Assembly (NCBI GenBank): GCA_902631295.1 | Contig: CACOXV010000008.1 | Location: forward strand, 9,189 to 73,188 | Reading direction: 5' to 3' | From: Paracoccaceae bacterium | GTDB lineage: Bacteria > Pseudomonadota > Alphaproteobacteria > Rhodobacterales > Rhodobacteraceae | DNA length: 64,000 nt | Shown: one piece after another, positions 1 through 9,850 of the stretch | Layout: the number at the start of each line of letters is the position of its first letter | Numbering within the stretch: position 1 is the stretch's first letter | Position numbers and translations under genes: made by a program | Notes under the pieces: generated by a model | What the model saw: the letters and a program-made list of their open reading frames with translations, nothing else | The model's database searches: none | What the model was told of the DNA's origin: nothing

Positions 1-114
1 AAAAAAGCAGCAGAGTTAGGTATATTAATTGGTTTCTGGGATGAAAATGAATTCGAAGCCATAACTGGGAAAAAGTTTGAAAACTTAAAACCTGTTGGGA
101 AAAAAGAAAAATAA
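1..114 (+). CDS. 3' end of a CDS truncated by the window edge (KKAAELGILIGFWDENEFEAITGKKFENLKPVGKKEK*), product unknown
   Basis: Frame 1 open from base 1 to TAA at 112-114; converges on the SDR gene. Confidence 0.55.
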   Translation, partial: KKAAELGILIGFWDENEFEAITGKKFENLKPVGKKEK

Positions 115-142
115 TTTTTCATTATTTCCTGTGGCTTTTAAT

Positions 143-919
143 TTAGGCCAGCATCTTCGTATCACCATCAATTGCAATCGACTGTCCGGAAATTCTTGCC
201 CCCAGTGGTGATGCTAAAAACATGATCTGATTAGCTATGTCCTCGGCAGTGACGTATGATTTTATCGATGTAAATGAGAATGCTTCCTTTTCGATTTCAG
301 AAAAGCTTTTGCCTAAGCGCTGTGCTTTTGCCATTAGAACATTTTTTTGTCGTTCGCCGTTTACTAACCCAGGCAAAATAGCGTTCACTCGTACCTTGTC
401 GTCACCTAATTCAATAGCAAGTGACTTTGTCAGGCCGATAACGCCCCACTTGGAAGCGGCGTAAGGTGAACGTAGCCCAAAGCCCATTTTACCGGCAGCG
501 GAAGAGAGGTTTACTATTGAAGCATTTTCGCTTAACCGCAGGTTTGGTATGCAATTTTTAATGAACAAAAATTGGCTTGTTAAACATACATTTAGGCATT
601 CGGACCAGTCTGCAGTGTCAATTTCTTCAATTTTACTGGTCGGTCCAGCTATTCCTGCATTGTTTACTAGGCAGTCGAGGCCTCCCAATTTACGCAACGC
701 ATTTGAACAAAATGATTGAACTTTAGGCTCATCCGAAACGTCCAGCACTTCTGTGTAAATATCGGGGTATTCATACTCTAAAATCTTAATCAAGTCCGAA
801 TTAATATCACAAGTTGCAATTTTTGCTCCCTGTGAATGGAACCCTTCCAAGATTGCTTTTCCGATACCGGAGCCTCCTGCAGAAATCATTACTTTCAAGT
901 TTTTTAACGAAATATCCAT
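143..919 (-). CDS. Classical short-chain dehydrogenase/reductase (SDR)
   Basis: SAGGSGIG Rossmann motif, NNAGIAGP, YAASK catalytic motif; 258 aa. Confidence 0.92.
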   Translation of the reverse strand: MDISLKNLKVMISAGGSGIGKAILEGFHSQGAKIATCDINSDLIKILEYEYPDIYTEVLDVSDEPKVQSFCSNALRKLGGLDCLVNNAGIAGPTSKIEEIDTADWSECLNVCLTSQFLFIKNCIPNLRLSENASIVNLSSAAGKMGFGLRSPYAASKWGVIGLTKSLAIELGDDKVRVNAILPGLVNGERQKNVLMAKAQRLGKSFSEIEKEAFSFTSIKSYVTAEDIANQIMFLASPLGARISGQSIAIDGDTKMLA

Positions 920-1090
920 GATTACTATTTTCCAAAATGGTAAGTATTTTATTGCCTAAGTATATTAATCACAGTGTTTTCAAAAATTAACAAGCTCTCA
1001 CTTCTTTTCAGGTTTCTGCTTGCTTACTTTCTCTATTTGAGTCCAATCTACTTCTTGGCAATATCTCTAAACTACTAAGGGGAGGCATTA

Positions 1091-2458
1091 ATGGCTTGGG
1101 ATTCTTATCTTAAAAAAAATCAGGACCGTTTTGTGGATGAGCTGAGAGCATTCATATCAATTCCATCAGTATCGGCTGCGGATGAACATTTTCAGGATGT
1201 GGTTAAAGCAGGTGAATGGGTCGTATCTAAGTTGCAGTCAATTGGAATTTCAAATGCTCGGCTGATGAAAACACAAACACACCCAGTTGTTTATGGAGAC
1301 TGGCTTCACGCTGGAGATGAGAAGCCGACTATATTAATATATGGACATTTCGATGTTCAGCCGGCTGATCCTTATGAACTTTGGGATAGTCCACCTTTTA
1401 CACCACTTGTTAAGGATGGGAAAATTTATGGTCGTGGTGCGTCAGATGATAAAGGAAATATGTTAGCGCCGATTTTGGCAGTCGAAGCTCTTCTTTCAAG
1501 TGCTAAAAAGCTTCCTGTGAATGTTAAGTTTTTTTATGAAGGACAGGAAGAAATTGGCTCGCCCACGATTGGTCCATTTATAAAAGACAATATAGAACTA
1601 TTGAAAGCAGATATGATATTTTCATCTGATGGAGGACAGTGGTCCGAAGATCAACCGAGTTTGGTTTATGCCTTACGAGGGTTAGTTGGGTGTGAGATTA
1701 CGGTAACTGGAGCGAGTGGTGATCAACATTCCGGAACTCATGGCGGTGGTATAGCCAATCCAATACACGCCTTGTCACATTTAATAGCATCAATGAAAGA
1801 TCTCGATGGTCGAATAACAATAGATGGATTTTATGATGATGTTATCGAATTATCGGATGAAGAAAAGGAAATGTTTGCTGGGCTTCCATTTGATGAAAAA
1901 GACTATGTAGAAAAACTAGGTGTTCCGGAAACTTTTGGGGAGGCGGGTTATACTGTTCAAGAAAGACTTTGGGCACGGCCGACTTTAGAGCTGAATGGTA
2001 TATGGGGCGGATATCAAGGTGGCGGCTCTAAAACAGTACTGCCCTCTCAAGCTCACGCAAAAATCACGTGTAGGCTCGTCGCTAACCAGAAGCCTGAAAG
2101 AATATATGATTTAATAAAACAGCATGTTGAAAATAATCGACTACCGGGAGTTAAAGCTGAGGTTAAAAAACTTGCTGGTGATGCTGACCCATTTCTGGTC
2201 CCAAGAGGCCATAACTCCAGTCAAATAGCAGGCCGGGTTTTGCACAATTTATATGGAAAGGAGCCATTGGAGACCCGAGTTGGAGGATCTATTCCAGTGA
2301 TGTCTACCTTATTGTCAGAGTTGGGTATTCATGCAACCATGTTTGCTTTCGGCTTGGATGACGAAAAAATACATGCGCCAAATGAATTTTTTAGACTTTC
2401 TAGCTTCAAGAAAAGCCAAATTGGATATTGTAAACTTCTGGAAGAATTTGGTAAATAA
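1091..2458 (+). CDS. M20 family dipeptidase (CNDP/Dug1-like)
   Basis: YGHFDVQP, GRGASDDKG, EGQEEIGS, IHAPNE metal motifs; GGGGAGG RBS. Confidence 0.93.
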   Translation: MAWDSYLKKNQDRFVDELRAFISIPSVSAADEHFQDVVKAGEWVVSKLQSIGISNARLMKTQTHPVVYGDWLHAGDEKPTILIYGHFDVQPADPYELWDSPPFTPLVKDGKIYGRGASDDKGNMLAPILAVEALLSSAKKLPVNVKFFYEGQEEIGSPTIGPFIKDNIELLKADMIFSSDGGQWSEDQPSLVYALRGLVGCEITVTGASGDQHSGTHGGGIANPIHALSHLIASMKDLDGRITIDGFYDDVIELSDEEKEMFAGLPFDEKDYVEKLGVPETFGEAGYTVQERLWARPTLELNGIWGGYQGGGSKTVLPSQAHAKITCRLVANQKPERIYDLIKQHVENNRLPGVKAEVKKLAGDADPFLVPRGHNSSQIAGRVLHNLYGKEPLETRVGGSIPVMSTLLSELGIHATMFAFGLDDEKIHAPNEFFRLSSFKKSQIGYCKLLEEFGK

Positions 2459-2488
2459 TGAATAATTTAAATTAAATGAGATGAAGTT

Positions 2489-2782
2489 TTGTATTGCCGA
2501 GTAGTTCATGTAAAGGCGGTCAGTGAGATTCAGTTAAAGATGATTACGTCTTATATAGAGTCTACTATGATGCCCCGAAATCTATCTGCAGGACAAATTT
2601 CAGGTGAAGTTTTCGAAAAGTCTCCAACCGAAATTTTTACCGTTTCCAAATTTTATGATAAAGAAACAGCCAATAAGATAATGGGTCTGATGAAAGATGA
2701 AATTCGTGAAATAGCCAAAGGTTGTAAAATGAGCCTTCTGGAAGGTCCAAGAATTATAGAAGGAAAATCCTTGAACGACTGA
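2489..2782 (+). CDS. Small hypothetical protein (97 aa; possibly ABM/ferredoxin-like fold)
   Basis: ORF co-oriented after the dipeptidase, TTG start, protein-like composition. Confidence 0.6.
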   Translation: MYCRVVHVKAVSEIQLKMITSYIESTMMPRNLSAGQISGEVFEKSPTEIFTVSKFYDKETANKIMGLMKDEIREIAKGCKMSLLEGPRIIEGKSLND

Positions 2783-2835
2783 TTTCTATTTTTAATTCTG
2801 TGGAAACAACTCTATAAAATACTAGTACTTTTATA

Positions 2836-2952
2836 ATGAGAAATAATAGTAAGAAGAAAAAATCTGATGCCAGAGTAAGTGGTGAGATAGCTTTTTATGT
2901 GCTTATCGCATTGGCAGTATTTGTTTTTGTATTTATTTACGTAGGTTCATAG
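2836..2952 (+). CDS. Putative 38-aa single-pass membrane protein (MRNNSKKKKSDARVSGEIAFYVLIALAVFVFVFIYVGS)
   Basis: Hand-translated; basic N-terminus followed by one hydrophobic helix; below the ORF-track cutoff. Confidence 0.5.
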   Translation: MRNNSKKKKSDARVSGEIAFYVLIALAVFVFVFIYVGS

Positions 2953-3103
2953 TTTTGGGAAGCTTTAATTTTTACTGCATTGCAGCTGAGGTTTGGTTAT
3001 GCTTATTAGCGGCTCAGGTTATATCGGGAGATTACTGAGGAATAATTGGTTTATTGCATCACAGCTTTATCCAAAGATTTTATCTACGTAAATAAATGAC
3101 TAT

Positions 3104-4147
3104 ATGAGTGGTACTATAAAATTGGTTCTTGTCGGTCTTGGACTTGTTGGGAGGCGGCATGCCGACGTGATCTGTAAAACTAAAGATGCTAAATTGGTAG
3201 CAGTTGTAGATCCTTCTGAAGATGCTCATAACTACGCAAGAAAAAAGAGTCTGAAAATATATTCTTCTTTAGAGGATATGTTTATCGAGCAATCTCCAGA
3301 CGGAATTATACTTGCGACCCCAACGCTAATGCATATTGAACAGGGCTTCTACTGTATACAGAGGAATTGTCCCGTCATGATTGAAAAGCCAATCGCAGGT
3401 TCTTCGGCAGAAGCACTAGCGCTAGTTGAAAAATCAGAAAATTTGGGAGTATCTGTCTTGGTTGGCCATCATAGGCGTTACAACCCGATAATCCAGAGGG
3501 CTAGCGAAGTTATATTATCAGGAAAAATTGGAAAAGTTCGGGCAATTCATGCAAATTGTTGGTTTTATAAATCGGATGAATATTTTGATGCGGCGGAATG
3601 GAGAAAAAAGAGTGGAGCTGGACCAATATCAGTGAATCTTGCTCATGATATTGACCTTTTAAGATATTTTTGTGGTGAAATTGATTTTGTTCAGGCGCAA
3701 GCTGTAGAGTCAATTCGAGGATTTGAAAATGAAGACGTCGCAGGAGCACTGTTAAGATTTAGAAATGGAGTGATAGGTACAATATCGGTATCTGACTCTA
3801 TCGTTTCGCCGTGGAGCTGGGAAATGACCTCTAAAGAAAATCCAGTGTATCCTCCGACTTCGGAAAGTTGTTATTTCATAGGTGGATCACATGGATCTCT
3901 CTCTATTCCAGATTTAACTTTATGGGGTCAAAACAGTGAACGCGATTGGTGGAAACCCTTGGAAACTGCATCAATGGACTATGAAACAGCTGATCCATTA
4001 TATAATCAGATTGTCCATTTTATTAATGTAATTAAAAAAATAGAAAATCCTGTTGTGTCTGGTAGGGAAGGTCTTCTTACATTAAAGGTCATAGAGGCAA
4101 TTAAGAAATCCGCATTGACTCATCAATCAGTAAAGGTTGAAACTTAA
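3104..4147 (+). CDS. Gfo/Idh/MocA family oxidoreductase
   Basis: VGLGLVG, IEKP, GHHRRYN, HDID motifs. Confidence 0.92.
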   Translation: MSGTIKLVLVGLGLVGRRHADVICKTKDAKLVAVVDPSEDAHNYARKKSLKIYSSLEDMFIEQSPDGIILATPTLMHIEQGFYCIQRNCPVMIEKPIAGSSAEALALVEKSENLGVSVLVGHHRRYNPIIQRASEVILSGKIGKVRAIHANCWFYKSDEYFDAAEWRKKSGAGPISVNLAHDIDLLRYFCGEIDFVQAQAVESIRGFENEDVAGALLRFRNGVIGTISVSDSIVSPWSWEMTSKENPVYPPTSESCYFIGGSHGSLSIPDLTLWGQNSERDWWKPLETASMDYETADPLYNQIVHFINVIKKIENPVVSGREGLLTLKVIEAIKKSALTHQSVKVET

Positions 4148-4278
4148 TACAGATTCGAGTCAATTCCTTTAAAGTTATTGAAAAATACCATATTTTTTGT
4201 GTTAAAATTGCAAAAGTTAAAAAATATGATATCGAATTTTTGAGCACTTAAGGTGTTTTAGTATGGGAGGAATATTTT

Positions 4279-5289
4279 ATGTTAAATAAATTTACAAGAC
4301 GTTCAGTCTTAAATGCGATTGCAGCGGCAAGCATGTTGGTTGGGACTACGGCTACAACAGTTGCGGCAGATCAAATGACTTTTACGCTGGCTACAGCTGG
4401 CTCTGAAACAGATATGAGATCAGCAGCTATGGCTAAAGTTTTTGCGCCTATGGTAGCAGGCTTTGCTGATTACCAACCTGGATATAATGCAACATTGTTC
4501 GCTCAAGGGACGGAGCTTGATGCTATCAGCCGCGGAAACTTGACAATGTCAATTGCGTCTGCGCAGGAATTAGCCCAATTTTTTCCTGAGTTTTCAATTT
4601 TTGCAACTGGGTATGTCCATCAGGATGCAGCACACCAAGTGCGTGTCTTCAACGATCCTTTAATGGACCCTTTCAAGAAAACAGTTGAAGATGAGCTTGG
4701 TGTAAAATTGCTTTCCGTCATGTATTTAGGGCGTCGTCATGTGAACTTGCGTCAGCCTAGATCTGAAGTTGATGTCCAAACTCCAGCAGATTTAGCCGGT
4801 GTTAACCTGAGAATGCCTGGAACAGATGCCTGGCAATTTTTGGGTGCAGCTCTAGGAGCCTCACCCACCCCATTCGCTTTTACCGAAGTTTACACAGCGC
4901 TTTCTACCGGGGCTGTTGATGGTCAAGATAACCCATTACCTACTGTTGTAGATGCTAAATTTTATGAAGTCACAAAGCAAATCGCGCTTACATCGCATCT
5001 AGTTGATTTAAATTACATAGCTTTTTCAAAAGATACTTGGGATAGCTTAACACCTGATCAACAAATGACTGTTCAGCGCGCTGCAGATGCAGCATCTGCT
5101 TGGGGTCGCTTGAAGCAATTAGATAAAGAAAATAATTTGGCAGACTTTATTCGTAGCCAAGGTGTTGAAATCTATAGCCCTGATCTTGACGCTTTCCGAA
5201 CCCACGTTCAAGCGCAGTATGTTGGAAGCGAATTTGCAGCAAGTTGGCCAGATGGCGTGTTGGAAAAAATCAACGCGCTTGGTAATTAA
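4279..5289 (+). CDS. dctP: TRAP transporter substrate-binding protein (Tat-like signal)
   Basis: TRRSVL signal, LRMPG (carboxylate-binding Arg), EVYTAL..G.VDGQDNP; GGGAGG RBS. Confidence 0.93.
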   Translation: MLNKFTRRSVLNAIAAASMLVGTTATTVAADQMTFTLATAGSETDMRSAAMAKVFAPMVAGFADYQPGYNATLFAQGTELDAISRGNLTMSIASAQELAQFFPEFSIFATGYVHQDAAHQVRVFNDPLMDPFKKTVEDELGVKLLSVMYLGRRHVNLRQPRSEVDVQTPADLAGVNLRMPGTDAWQFLGAALGASPTPFAFTEVYTALSTGAVDGQDNPLPTVVDAKFYEVTKQIALTSHLVDLNYIAFSKDTWDSLTPDQQMTVQRAADAASAWGRLKQLDKENNLADFIRSQGVEIYSPDLDAFRTHVQAQYVGSEFAASWPDGVLEKINALGN

Positions 5290-5318
5290 TTCTTGCACTC
5301 ATTTTGAGGGAGTCAAAT

Positions 5319-5915
5319 ATGCAAAATTTTGCAAAGTGGCTCACTCGCGGATGTGAATTTATCGCCGCCATGATTTTGGCGGCGATTTTTATTATTTTTC
5401 TTCTTCAAATATTTGCTCGCTATACTTCAAAAATAGCCTGGCTTATGCCCATTGAGCAGCTTTCAAATTGGATGCTAACTGTTGAACCAATAGGATGGAC
5501 GATAAATCTAATTTCACTTCTTTGGGTCTGGTTGATTTTTTTTGGCTGTTCTTTCGTCGTCCGAGAGCGGGATCATGTTACATTTGACATCTTATATCTA
5601 GCCCTCCCAGATCATTTGAGGAGAATAGCTATAATCATTATTTCATTGATCATGATTTTTGCTTTGCTCTGGTCTTTTTTGCCAACTTGGGATTCAATCT
5701 TCGGAAGTCGTTTGATGGACTTAAAGAAGATCCAAACTTTAAGAATGCCAATAACTGGAGATAAGATACCGATTAAATGGCTTTTCGCATCGTACATCAC
5801 ATTGATGATTGTTGTGATATTACGTTATGCTTGGATTTGTTATGACGTATCAATAAAGGGTCCTCCAAAAAGGCCCATAGAAGAATTTTTGGATACTCAA
5901 AAGGATAACACCTAG
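5319..5915 (+). CDS. dctQ: TRAP small permease
   Basis: 4 TM segments, HVTFDILY motif; ATG 5319 after GAGGGAG. Confidence 0.88.
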   Translation: MQNFAKWLTRGCEFIAAMILAAIFIIFLLQIFARYTSKIAWLMPIEQLSNWMLTVEPIGWTINLISLLWVWLIFFGCSFVVRERDHVTFDILYLALPDHLRRIAIIIISLIMIFALLWSFLPTWDSIFGSRLMDLKKIQTLRMPITGDKIPIKWLFASYITLMIVVILRYAWICYDVSIKGPPKRPIEEFLDTQKDNT

Positions 5916-7210
5916 TGAGCATCGAAATATTAGCTGGTATTTTTATTCTATTCTCTATGGCCGCACTAGGAGCGCCAGTAGCCTATGCAATTCTTTCTGG
6001 AATAATAGTCTATTTAGGTGTGGCTGGTCAGGACCTCGCAATTGCTGGTCAAACTATGGTTCAAAGGCTTTTCGACGGGTTTCTTTTATTAGCAGTCCCA
6101 CTTTTTATTGTGACAGCAAATATAATGAACGCTGGTACAATCTCAGATCGTCTCCTTAATTTTTGCGTAGCTGTCGTTGGAAGATTTAGAGGTGGGTTGG
6201 GTCATGTAAACGTTATGGCTTCTCTAATTTTTTCTGGGATGTCAGGCTCTGCAGTTGCTGACGCAGCAGGAATTGGAAAACTAGTCATAGAAATGATGGT
6301 CAAAAGTGGGCGCTACTCTCGTGGATATGCTGCTGCAATTACAGCAGCAACTGCTACTATCGGGCCAATTATTCCTCCCTCAATTCCGATGGTCTTATAC
6401 GCTCTTGTTTCGAATACTTCGATTGGGTTTTTATTTTTAGCAGGTATATTGCCGGGTTTAACAATGGGTGCAGTCCTAATCGCTATGAATACATTGATTT
6501 CTTATCGTCGGGATTTTGGGAAAGAAGAAGCAGTTCCAATAGCACAATTGCCATTGATTACTTTAAAGTCATTTCCAGCACTTTTAATGCCAGCAATACT
6601 TTTGACTTGTATATATAGTGGAGTAACATCGCCAACAGAGGCAGCAGCGATAGCGGCTTTGTATGCTTTTATTTTGGCAGCTGGTTTTTATCGTGCTTTG
6701 ACTATTAAATCACTTTATCAATTATTAGTTGAGAGTGCCCGATCATCTGCCTCGGTCGCGTTAGTGATTGGTGCCTCCATGATTTTGACATATGTCGTTG
6801 TTAAAGAAAATATCCCACAGACTTTATCAGCCTTATTAGCAGGAGCTGAGATTAGCCCAATTATTTTTCTTCTGCTTATAAACTTATTAATCCTTTTAGT
6901 AGGATGCATCTTAGATGCTACTGTCATTATATTAGTTATTGTGCCCTTATTCATTCCGACGTGTGAAGCGCTTGGTATAGATTTAGTGCATTTCGGAGTC
7001 CTTGTTGTAGTGAATTCAATGATAGGGTTAATTACACCCCCGTATGGAATGCTACTCTTTGTTATAAATGCGGTGACTGATATACCCTTGCGTGAAATAA
7101 TAGGTGAAATTTGGGCATTTTTAGCAGTTTTGATATTTGCACTGCTGATAATGATTTTTTCACCAAATATGGTTTTGTGGTTACCTAGATTATTTGGCTA
7201 CCAGGGATAA
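5915..7210 (+). CDS. dctM: TRAP large permease
   Basis: FSGMSGSAVADA, GPIIPPSIP, GLITPPYG motifs. Confidence 0.95.
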   Translation: MSIEILAGIFILFSMAALGAPVAYAILSGIIVYLGVAGQDLAIAGQTMVQRLFDGFLLLAVPLFIVTANIMNAGTISDRLLNFCVAVVGRFRGGLGHVNVMASLIFSGMSGSAVADAAGIGKLVIEMMVKSGRYSRGYAAAITAATATIGPIIPPSIPMVLYALVSNTSIGFLFLAGILPGLTMGAVLIAMNTLISYRRDFGKEEAVPIAQLPLITLKSFPALLMPAILLTCIYSGVTSPTEAAAIAALYAFILAAGFYRALTIKSLYQLLVESARSSASVALVIGASMILTYVVVKENIPQTLSALLAGAEISPIIFLLLINLLILLVGCILDATVIILVIVPLFIPTCEALGIDLVHFGVLVVVNSMIGLITPPYGMLLFVINAVTDIPLREIIGEIWAFLAVLIFALLIMIFSPNMVLWLPRLFGYQG

Positions 7211-7316
7211 GAAATACTTTTGTGGCAAAAAAACTATCTAAATTACAGCTTACTTCAAAGATAAAATAAGATGACAAAGGCTGATGAAGCGAAGCTATTA
7301 AGCAATTTTTAGATAT

Positions 7317-8174
7317 TTACTGTCTACCACTTTTGGGTATTCCAATTGTTAGTGCTATACCGCCTAGAACAAGAACGCATGATAAAACAAATTTTAAAGT
7401 TATTAATTCTTGCATAAAAATCATACCACCACCAGCGGCTATTAATGGTACACTAAGCTGAGATACCGCGGCATTGGTGGATGGTATTTTGGGCAGAACG
7501 TAATACCATAGTGCATATCCTATCCCAGAAGTTACCGAGCCTGAGGCAATTGCCAATAGTGCCCCTGTATTTGACCATGAAAAATCAGGATTATAAGGCA
7601 GCAATAAAACAAAAATTAAACAAATTGGTGTAGAAATTAAAAAGCTGGCAGTTGTAGCGGCGATTGCAGAAGCCGCTTTTTTTCCTAGAACAGAATAGAT
7701 TCCCCATGCCATGCCTGCGATTGCCATTAAAACGCTTGACGTCAAATTTATTATAAAATCTCCACTTGGCCAAAGTAGATATATTAGCCCAGTAAAAGCA
7801 ATGATTGCGCCAATAGTTTTATTTTTTGGTACTTTCTGATCAGAAAGAAATGATGACGCGAACATTACCAACTGTACTACCCCGAATTGGATTAACACGC
7901 CTATCCCAGTTTCAAGACCTGTGAATGCATAAGAAAAGCTTACCAAATATAAACTCAGTGCGACCGCTGTCTTTAAGTGAAGATTGCTCAATATTTTTAA
8001 AGAGTATTTTTTTAGATAACATATTAAAAGTAACGTTATAGCACCAGCGGATACACGGAGAAGAAGAACCAACTCGGGATCCATATTGTAACTTGCTAGT
8101 GCAGCACGGGTCAAAAGTGCATTCCCAGAAAATGCCAGCATCGTCAGCAAAACAAGTGAATAGACGTATACCAA
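7317..8174 (-). CDS. DMT/EamA family transporter
   Basis: About 10 TM helices in two repeats, GYALWY, QLSVP. Confidence 0.88.
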   Translation of the reverse strand: MVYVYSLVLLTMLAFSGNALLTRAALASYNMDPELVLLLRVSAGAITLLLICYLKKYSLKILSNLHLKTAVALSLYLVSFSYAFTGLETGIGVLIQFGVVQLVMFASSFLSDQKVPKNKTIGAIIAFTGLIYLLWPSGDFIINLTSSVLMAIAGMAWGIYSVLGKKAASAIAATTASFLISTPICLIFVLLLPYNPDFSWSNTGALLAIASGSVTSGIGYALWYYVLPKIPSTNAAVSQLSVPLIAAGGGMIFMQELITLKFVLSCVLVLGGIALTIGIPKSGRQ

Positions 8175-8377
8175 ACTTATGTCTCTATTAAAATTTCATC
8201 TATAAATTGCACTTGTATCAGTTATTGAATGGATAGCTAGCATAATACTCCCAATACTAAAGACCTAAGCTATAGTATTCTGAATAAAGATCTTGGGAGA
8301 TCTGTGTAAAAATCATTAAGATTGACAAAATAGCTCATTTTCAGACAAAGTTGTTGAATGCGGAGGCACGTTAAAAA

Positions 8378-8647
8378 GTGTATCAACTCGTAATATGGCA
8401 AGAGTGCTCAAAAAGTGGTCAAAAAGGCCATATTAGTTTCGCGACAACACAAGATTTTATTCCTAAGATTGGTGAACTATTTTCCGCCCCGCCTTTGTCA
8501 GGGCATGTAATTGGTGTGACACACGACCTGCACGAGCAAGACTTTAACCTTTCAAAGTTTATTCATTTTGTTCAGTTAGAAAAAAAATCACTAGAACTGG
8601 CTGATGCGTTTGAGCTTCCAGAGCAACTCGAATTTGTTGAGTATTAA
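8378..8647 (+). CDS. Hypothetical protein (89 aa)
   Basis: GGAGG RBS upstream of GTG start; TTGACA at 8322. Confidence 0.55.
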   Translation: MYQLVIWQECSKSGQKGHISFATTQDFIPKIGELFSAPPLSGHVIGVTHDLHEQDFNLSKFIHFVQLEKKSLELADAFELPEQLEFVEY

Positions 8648-8781
8648 TTCTCGTTTGATTAGAAAAAAAAGGCTGCATAAATGCAGCCAGTAGGAGGTTA
8701 TATGAAGCAGTTCTGTTTAATCTTTGCAAATGGTATGCCAAGTGATTAGCTAGGTAAATTTGTTTAGGGTTATTTTTTGAT

Positions 8782-9663
8782 ATGCAAGATATTCTAATTA
8801 CAGGCCTAGCCACCTTAGACCTAGTTTTTAAAATGGATAGTTTGCCCGTTCAAAATGAAAAGTACAGGGCGGAAACTGCAATGTTTTCCGGGGGTGGTAA
8901 TGCTGGTAATGCATCAGTAGCAGTTGCACGTTTAGGTGCAAACTCGACTATATTTTCGGCTGTTGGGTGCGACGAAGTTGGATCCTTTATTCTCGGTGAG
9001 TTAAAGCGCGAGAACGTAAATACAGAGTTCGTTTTGAAGTTAGAAAATTGGCAATCATCTTTTTCTTCAGTGCTCGTGGATATTGATGGTGACCGGCAGA
9101 TTGTGAATTACAGAGAGTCTCTTCCAGAGGATGCTATAAATAGTATTTCAAATTTTCCGGTTTACGATGCCTATCTTTCAGACAGTAGGTGGAGCGAAGC
9201 TGCTATTGCTACTCTCTCTTTAGCGAGAAAATATAAAAAGCCTGGTGTTTTGGATGCAGAAGCGCCCGTTTCTCAACATGCTGTAGAAATCGCGTCTCAT
9301 GTCGCATTTTCAAAGCAAGGGCTCAAACACTTCACCAATAAGGATGACTTAATGGCAAGTTTGAAAGTTATTGAAAATGATTACAATTCGTGGGCTTGCG
9401 TTACCGACGGGCCAAATGGTGTCTATTTTCTAGAGGAAGGTGCTTTACATAATTTGCCCACTCCCAGGATAAAAGCTGAAGATACTTTAGGCGCTGGTGA
9501 TGTTTGGCATGGAGCATTTGCAGTCTGTTTAGCTGAGGGGAAAAGTGAGAGAGAGGCAATCAAATTTTCCAATTTGGCAGCAGCAATTAAATGTACAAGA
9601 TTTGGTGGGCAGTCCAGCATTCCAACACGTAGAGAAATTGATGAGTTTATTAATTCAAAATAG
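8782..9663 (+). CDS. PfkB-family kinase, YihV (sulfofructose kinase)-like
   Basis: GGGNAGNA, DTLGAGD motifs; EK27YRA, IVNY and DSRW correspond to the YihV K-N-R sulfonate-binding residues. Confidence 0.85.
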   Translation: MQDILITGLATLDLVFKMDSLPVQNEKYRAETAMFSGGGNAGNASVAVARLGANSTIFSAVGCDEVGSFILGELKRENVNTEFVLKLENWQSSFSSVLVDIDGDRQIVNYRESLPEDAINSISNFPVYDAYLSDSRWSEAAIATLSLARKYKKPGVLDAEAPVSQHAVEIASHVAFSKQGLKHFTNKDDLMASLKVIENDYNSWACVTDGPNGVYFLEEGALHNLPTPRIKAEDTLGAGDVWHGAFAVCLAEGKSEREAIKFSNLAAAIKCTRFGGQSSIPTRREIDEFINSK

Positions 9664-9850
9664 GGAAGAGATTATTTTTGCATTTATTTAATCTTGATAA
9701 GTTCACGATTAACCGTTTTCAGCATATAAATCAGCCAATGGATCCACGTTTTTCTGATAAGAATCCACTAGTCCATTCTGGTTTGGGTTATGGTTGTTTA
9801 ACAGCTTCGCTACCAATGAAAAAAAATAAAGCTCCTAGATAGGCGATGAC

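Noticed and set aside
9664-9850. Minus-strand 35-aa ORF (MVAKLLNNHNPNQ...) in the spacer
   Set aside because: No recognisable motif and poor RBS spacing.
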